Of a stretch of 64,000 nucleotides of DNA, positions 58,907 to 64,000 are shown in pieces. The position numbers and the translations under genes are program-made. The DNA is from Myxococcota bacterium (lineage in GTDB: Bacteria > Myxococcota_A > UBA796 > SXON01): NCBI GenBank assembly GCA_040386535.1, contig JAZKFH010000023.1, positions 32,001 through 96,000 of the forward strand, read 5' to 3'. The notes beneath the pieces are model-generated. The model was not told the origin of the DNA. It was given only the letters and a program-made list of their open reading frames with translations, and made no database searches. Position 1 is the first letter of the stretch, and every line of letters begins with the position of its first letter.

Positions 58907-60337
58907 CTAGCCACGGTACGCCTCGTCCTGGTCGATGATGGAGAGCACCCAGTCGTACTCCCCGCCGGTGATCTTGGCGTCGCAATAGCCGCACACGCCG
59001 GTCTCGGAGACATTGTCGAGCGGAGCGCCGCAGCTGGGGCAGGCGTCCACCTGGTCGCGCGGGCGGGCGGTCTTGCCCGCGCTGCGGAGGAAGGTCCAAT
59101 ATTCGGAGAAGGTGCGATCCTTCGTCTTGCTGCCGCCCACGACCTGGCCCGACCGCTCCTCGGTCCAGTCGCGCATGCGCGCAAAGATGCGCACGGTGAC
59201 GGCCTCCAAGTACGCGTCCACCGTGATTCGTGCGAGCACGACGTCGGTGACCTGGATGTCGGAGGAGCCATTCCGCAGGCCCTCCGCCGCGTATCGATCG
59301 ATCCAGTAGCGGTGCTGCTGGAAGAGGAAATCGGTCTCGAAGGGGCGCGCCTGCTCCCACTTCCCGTCGCTCCAGGCTTGCTGGATGCGGGTGAAGACCT
59401 CGACCACGCGGGCACGGAAGCCCTCCCACTGGAACTCGGGGTGGCGCGCCTGGAACGCGCGGAGCTGCATCGGGAGGTCGGGCGCGAGGACGAGGGGGAG
59501 GTCCGTGCCGACCTCCACGCCGGCGCCGCGCGTGAGCTGGAGCGGCGGCGCCGCCTCGTCGAGGAGCACCCGCACGTCGGCCACCTGCCATTGGAGCCGG
59601 CCGTCGGTGATGACGTTGTCGCAGTTGCGGCACCGGCCCTCGGGCGTCGTGTCGATGGGGCTCCCGCAGCTCGGGCAGGCCAGGACGCGCATGCGGTCCG
59701 GCCCCGGCGAGAGCGTGTCCGCCGCGCGCACGAAGGTCCAACGCTCGCGGACGAACCGCTTGCTCGTGCCCTCGGTCAGGTTGCCCTCGAACAGCACCGC
59801 GAGGCGCGCCGCCGAACCGGCGACCGCCGCGCTCTCGATCCGGGTGGTGCCGATCACCACGTCCCGCACGGGCTTGCCGGGCGCCCGCGCCTTGAGGGCC
59901 GCGACCACGGGCTCGGCCACGAAGGGCGCCAGCGCGTCCCAATCGCCCCCGCCGCGTGCTTCGTGCGCCCGGGTGTAGACCAGCCGCGCGAGGTCGAGGA
60001 AGAGCGGCTCGGAGAAGTTCGTGTCCCGGGCGCGGAGCGGCGCGAGGCCCGCGCCGGGGACCGCGGCGCGGACCGGGTGGGTGCGGTGCACCTGCCGGAC
60101 GTCACGCTGCTGGGACTTCATGTAGAAGAACACGATCGCCACGCCGATCGCGAGGGGGACGCCGATCACGGGGTGCTCGAACACGAGCCAGATGAGGAGG
60201 CCGACCCCGTCCCCGTCTCCCCCGCCGCCCGAGAAGCCGCCCCCGCCGCCGCTGGAGGAGCTCCCGCCGCCCGAGTAGCCCTGCCCGCCCCCCGCGCGCG
60301 CCCAGGCGGCCGCCAGCCAGAGCACCCAGGGGATCAC
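58907..60337 (-). CDS. Tim44-like domain protein with two zinc ribbons
   Basis: Signal peptide, ARAGGG.GYSGGG Gly tract, TMs, two Tim44-like domains (ERWTFVR; FSEYWTFLR) each followed by CPSCG.P....GxCxxC. Confidence 0.82.
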   Translation of the reverse strand: MIPWVLWLAAAWARAGGGQGYSGGGSSSSGGGGGFSGGGGDGDGVGLLIWLVFEHPVIGVPLAIGVAIVFFYMKSQQRDVRQVHRTHPVRAAVPGAGLAPLRARDTNFSEPLFLDLARLVYTRAHEARGGGDWDALAPFVAEPVVAALKARAPGKPVRDVVIGTTRIESAAVAGSAARLAVLFEGNLTEGTSKRFVRERWTFVRAADTLSPGPDRMRVLACPSCGSPIDTTPEGRCRNCDNVITDGRLQWQVADVRVLLDEAAPPLQLTRGAGVEVGTDLPLVLAPDLPMQLRAFQARHPEFQWEGFRARVVEVFTRIQQAWSDGKWEQARPFETDFLFQQHRYWIDRYAAEGLRNGSSDIQVTDVVLARITVDAYLEAVTVRIFARMRDWTEERSGQVVGGSKTKDRTFSEYWTFLRSAGKTARPRDQVDACPSCGAPLDNVSETGVCGYCDAKITGGEYDWVLSIIDQDEAYRG

Positions 60338-60936
60338 GTGCGCACCCGCGGGGTGTTGGCGATCTGGTCGCGGTTCTCGCTGGCCGCCGGAACATGCGCC
60401 GCGAGCAGGACGCCGAGGCGGTGGAGCCCCGCGACGAGCTCATCGACCGAGTCCGCGCGCAAGGCGACGGCGTTCCACTTCGCGCCGGGGATCTTCCCGA
60501 GCAGGCCGTGATCCGGAACGAACTCTACCCGGCCCTCGAGCGCGCTGACGTAGACGAGCAGCCCCGTCCGGTCGGCCGTGGCGTGAACGTTCTCCTCGGT
60601 GAACGCCGCCAGCGCGGCCTGACGCACCTGCCGCGCGGTGCGGGCGGCGCCAGCGAAGGCGACCACCAGGCGCGGCCAGCGCAGGAGGATCCACCCGACG
60701 AAGGCGCCGGCCGCCAGCACGTCGATGGGGAACCACACCGCGTCGAACACGACGGGGCTCCAGCACAAAAAGGCGAGCACGGCCACCGCGACGAGGCCCC
60801 CGCCAATCCATGCGAGATCCGCATACGACCCGGAATACGGTGCCGCGACGACCACCACCTCGGCGTCGGTATGGACCTCGATCTCGCTCACGGCGCGCTC
60901 GATCGCGGCCGAAAAACGCGCGTCGGTGTGGACCAA
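60334..60936 (-). CDS. TPM-domain membrane protein
   Basis: IERAVSEIEVHTDAEVVVV, two TMs, AFTEENVHATADRTGLLVYVS..E..VEFVPD.G, NRDQIAN; GTGA overlap with the Tim44 gene. Confidence 0.85.
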   Translation of the reverse strand: MVHTDARFSAAIERAVSEIEVHTDAEVVVVAAPYSGSYADLAWIGGGLVAVAVLAFLCWSPVVFDAVWFPIDVLAAGAFVGWILLRWPRLVVAFAGAARTARQVRQAALAAFTEENVHATADRTGLLVYVSALEGRVEFVPDHGLLGKIPGAKWNAVALRADSVDELVAGLHRLGVLLAAHVPAASENRDQIANTPRVRT

Positions 60937-60994
60937 GTTCCCGTTCCCGGCTCTCGCGCGGGTTAACCCGGCGGGCTTCTCCGGTGGAGTCCGC

Positions 60995-61528
60995 ATGCAG
61001 ATCAATGCCTCTTCCGTGATCCACCACCCGCGCGAGCGGGTGTACCGTGCGTACCGTGACGAGCTCCCCGCGATCGCCCCGTTCATGGCCAACATCAAGG
61101 ACATCGTGGTCAAGGGCCGCGAGGATCGGCCCGGTGGCGTGACGCTCCACAACGTGTGGGCCGGCAAGGGCGAGATCCCCAAGATGGTCCAGGGCATCAT
61201 CAAGCCCGAGATGGTCAAGTGGGACGACTACGCCGAGTGGGATGACGCGCGGTGGTTGTGCACGTGGAGCATCAAGATCCGCGCGTTCACGGAGAACATG
61301 AAGTGTGGGGGGACCAACCGGTTCGAGGAGGCGGGGCCGGGTGCCACGCGCGTGATCCTCTCCGGCAACCTCGACATCCATCTCAAGGACATCCCCGGGG
61401 TGCCGCGTTTTCTCGCCGGGACCATCGCGCCCCAGGTCGAGAAGTTCATCATCGCGCTCATCCGGCCCAACCTCGAGCAGGTGAACGCGTCGCTCGAGCG
61501 GTACCTGGACGCGCATCCCGGCGGGTAG
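60995..61528 (+). CDS. START/SRPBCC-like (DUF2505-like) protein
   Basis: IHHPRERVYRAYRDELP, WDDYAEWD, long C-terminal helix; GGAG RBS. Confidence 0.65.
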   Translation: MQINASSVIHHPRERVYRAYRDELPAIAPFMANIKDIVVKGREDRPGGVTLHNVWAGKGEIPKMVQGIIKPEMVKWDDYAEWDDARWLCTWSIKIRAFTENMKCGGTNRFEEAGPGATRVILSGNLDIHLKDIPGVPRFLAGTIAPQVEKFIIALIRPNLEQVNASLERYLDAHPGG

Positions 61529-63004
61529 TCACCCGTTGTCGGTGCGCGCCTCCATGAGCCAGGCGCCGTCCCCGCTCGCGGTCAGCAGCCCCCGATCGAT
61601 CATCGGCTCGACGTGATCGAGCAGCCGATGCTCGGAGAGCCCCACGCGCTCGGCCAACGTCGTGATCGTCTGCGGGCCGGTCGAGATCAACGCGAGCACC
61701 TGCCGGGCGATGGGCTCCAGGGTGTCGTCGGCGACCGAGATGCCGAGCGCCAGCCCGAGCAGGGTGCCGGGGGTGCCCCGGGAGAGCTTGTGGAACTCCT
61801 CGGCTCGCCGACGGTCCATCTCCAGGCCTTCGAGCACGCGCGCAACGTCCTCCAGGGAGAGCGGGGAGGGGCACAGGTGGCGACCGCCGAGGCGCGCGGT
61901 CTTCATCATCGGGCGATCGGCCCGCACGAGCGTGAGGCAGGGCGGCCGTTCGGTGATGATCCGCACCACGAGGGCCTCGACGCCGGGCGCGTTTCCGTCG
62001 AGCGCCACGATCGCCGGGCTCCCCTGGCCGAGCTCCGTGAGCAGGGCGCGGCGGTCGGTCCCGCCGGGCACCACGCGCACACCTTCGCGCTGGGCCGCGC
62101 GGACGCACTCGCGGATCAGCGTGCGGCGGCCGCTTCCGGCGGTGCCGTGGAGCACGAGGGTGGCGGGCTTGCCGTCCAACAGGTCGACGACGTGCCGCCG
62201 GAGGATTTCACGCTCCCGGGTCATGCCCACGAGCGGCGCACGGGGGGGCGTGGACAGCGCCGCGCGGAGGATCCCGGCGACCTTCAGCGCGGGCGCGGGG
62301 CGGGAGGCCGGCCGACGCGCGAGCAGCGCCAGCACGAGGTCATCGAGGGCCCGCGGCAGGCGCGGGCGCAGCGAGCTCGGCGGCTCGGGAAGCGTCGTGA
62401 GCGGCAGGTAGCCGAGCGCCGCCGGATCGGCGTCGCGGAAGGGGGCATGCCGGGTGAGCAGGTGGTAGAGCAGCACGCCCAACCCGTACATGTCCGCCTC
62501 GGGGCCGGGACGCTCCCCCCGCAGGATCTCCGGCGCGATGAAGCCGAGGGTCCCGCCAAGGTCGAGCGGGGGCAGCTCGCGCCCCCGGGCGAGCCCCAGA
62601 TCGATGAGGCGCGCCGTGCCGTCTTCCGCGACGAGCACGTTCGACGGCTTCAAGTCCCCGTGCACCATCCCCAGGCCATGGATGTGCGCGAGCGCCTCAG
62701 CCACTTGCGCCGCGAGCTCCACGAGCACGGGCATCGGCTGCCCACGTCCCCACGCGTCGGCCCGCTCGTTGGCGGCGAATTCCATCGCGATCCAATCCCC
62801 GTTGGGAGAGGCGTCGATGAGGCGTGTCACATACCGATGTTGGACGGCCCGCAGCGCGTCCAACTCCCGGCGCAGGCCCCCCGGCGTGGACGCGAGCTTG
62901 ACCGCCACGACCCCTGAGGGGCCCTCGGCGAGCCACACGCGGCCCGAGGCGCCCCGCCCGAGTGGGCGCACGCGCCTGAATGAAGGGGGGAACAGATCGT
63001 TCAT
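61529..63004 (-). CDS. Ser/Thr kinase fused to a degenerate P-loop domain and a C-terminal winged helix
   Basis: LGRGASGRVW, VAVK, HGDLKPSNVL, DLG, GTLGFIAPE; LVGMTRERE..HGTAGSGRRTL; ITTLAERVGLSEHRLLDHVEPMIDRGLL. Confidence 0.85.
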   Translation of the reverse strand: MNDLFPPSFRRVRPLGRGASGRVWLAEGPSGVVAVKLASTPGGLRRELDALRAVQHRYVTRLIDASPNGDWIAMEFAANERADAWGRGQPMPVLVELAAQVAEALAHIHGLGMVHGDLKPSNVLVAEDGTARLIDLGLARGRELPPLDLGGTLGFIAPEILRGERPGPEADMYGLGVLLYHLLTRHAPFRDADPAALGYLPLTTLPEPPSSLRPRLPRALDDLVLALLARRPASRPAPALKVAGILRAALSTPPRAPLVGMTREREILRRHVVDLLDGKPATLVLHGTAGSGRRTLIRECVRAAQREGVRVVPGGTDRRALLTELGQGSPAIVALDGNAPGVEALVVRIITERPPCLTLVRADRPMMKTARLGGRHLCPSPLSLEDVARVLEGLEMDRRRAEEFHKLSRGTPGTLLGLALGISVADDTLEPIARQVLALISTGPQTITTLAERVGLSEHRLLDHVEPMIDRGLLTASGDGAWLMEARTDNG

Positions 63005-63039
63005 GATGCTACAGGTTAGCCAGAGTTCCGGAGGTTTGG

Positions 63040-63792
63040 ATGACGTTGATGCTGCTGGTTGCGATGGCGAAGGCCGCTGACATCGAAGGGACGACGGCCG
63101 ATCCGACCCTCACCGTCGAGCGGCCCGCCGAGGAGTCCTTTGGTGCATCCAGGGATTCCGGGTCGACCAAGTCGGGCTCCGGCTCGTCCAAGTCGGACGA
63201 CACGTCGAGCGGCTCCTTCTTCAAGAAAGGCAAGATGTGGGGTTGGAACTACCGCCCCTACGTCACCCCCGGGGGCGGGCTCACCATCGGGAACGGTGGC
63301 ACCGCCATCACCGGAGGTGCCGACGTCGGTGTGAAGTATTGGAAGAAGAAGTGGAAGGGTGATGTGCAGGCGGGTGGCAGCTACACCTCTGGGAGCACGC
63401 TCAACGGGTACGACGTGCACATCGGCAACGAGTTCGGTCGGCGGGAGAAGTGGTGGGGGTTGTCGGCCGGCGTGCTCGGCTTCTACAACGGGTACATCGG
63501 TCAGGACGCGTCGGACCCCACCCTTGACCCCTCGGTCGGCATCGACATCCCCGTCGAGCTCGTCCTCGGGCCCAAGAAGTACTACGTCTGGGGCGGCGTC
63601 ACCCCGTCGTTCCTCTTCAACGAGGACCGCCACGTGAAGTCCCTCCCGTTCGGTGACGAGCTCGAGTGGGGCGTCGGCGTCGGCCTGAAGCTCAAGTGGA
63701 TCACCGCCGAGGCGGGGTTCACGTCGCGCATCACCACGGTCGGCGTGATCAACACGCCCACGATCTCGGTGTCGATCGCTGGGATGGACTGA
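63040..63792 (+). CDS. Hypothetical exported protein, probable outer-membrane beta-barrel
   Basis: Signal-like N-terminus, Ser-rich linker, then amphipathic Gly/aromatic beta strands. Confidence 0.6.
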   Translation: MTLMLLVAMAKAADIEGTTADPTLTVERPAEESFGASRDSGSTKSGSGSSKSDDTSSGSFFKKGKMWGWNYRPYVTPGGGLTIGNGGTAITGGADVGVKYWKKKWKGDVQAGGSYTSGSTLNGYDVHIGNEFGRREKWWGLSAGVLGFYNGYIGQDASDPTLDPSVGIDIPVELVLGPKKYYVWGGVTPSFLFNEDRHVKSLPFGDELEWGVGVGLKLKWITAEAGFTSRITTVGVINTPTISVSIAGMD

Positions 63793-63807
63793 CGCCTCGG
63801 GGTCCGG

Positions 63808-63843
63808 CGAGCCCGCGGGGCCCCTGAAGCCCCCGCGGGCTCG
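63808..63843. terminator. Hairpin between convergent genes
   Basis: 13-bp inverted repeat CGAGCCCGCGGGG...CCCCGCGGGCTCG. Confidence 0.65.
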
Positions 63844-64000
63844 TCACTCCTCCGTGCCCTGCTCCTCGGTCACGGTGACGTCCCGGCTCAGGCGCCGCGA
63901 GCCCACCTGCAGCATCAGCGTGGCGTCACCCACGACGAGGAACTGCGCCCGGTTCTCGGACACCGTGGCGAATTCGGGTGGGTCGAAGGACAGGCGCATG
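63844..64000 (-). CDS. C-terminal fragment of a CDS entering from the right edge
   Basis: Minus-strand frame ...MRLSFDPPEFATVSENRAQFLVVGDATLMLQVGSRRLSRDVTVTEEQGTEE* with GC3 bias; Ig-like appearance. Confidence 0.5.
   Translation of the reverse strand, partial: MRLSFDPPEFATVSENRAQFLVVGDATLMLQVGSRRLSRDVTVTEEQGTEE

Overview
A very GC-rich (roughly 70%+ by eye), gene-dense bacterial chromosomal segment of about 57 CDSs plus one tRNA-Leu(CAA). It is most consistent with a Myxococcota/deltaproteobacterial genome: it has a RomR-like receiver protein, a MYXO-CTERM-like sorting tail, Hanks-type kinases and Asp-Thr repeat lipoproteins. I saw no integrase, transposase, prophage or CRISPR array. Recognisable genes include gcvT-gcvH, a radical SAM/UdgX DNA-repair pair preceded by a Myxococcus-type LexA-like box, a UvrD helicase, pepF, lgt, YqeY, a biotin carboxylase plus a carboxyltransferase-biotin-carrier fusion, a PduO-type adenosyltransferase, nadC, a YgiQ radical SAM, an orphan amino-methyltransferase and two Ser/Thr kinases. 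The best candidate for an undescribed system is at 48755-57613. There phaR is divergent from a translationally coupled run of phaE, phaC, an acyl-CoA ligase, a lipoprotein, an outer-membrane barrel, a lipoprotein alpha/beta hydrolase and a surface-anchored esterase, with no phaA/phaB. This suggests PHA is built from scavenged extracellular or prey esters. Other points of interest are a probably frameshifted gene whose N-terminus resembles one beta-clamp domain, and a signal-less PG-binding/L,D-transpeptidase-like protein. All family calls come from motif recognition by eye; no database searches were run.
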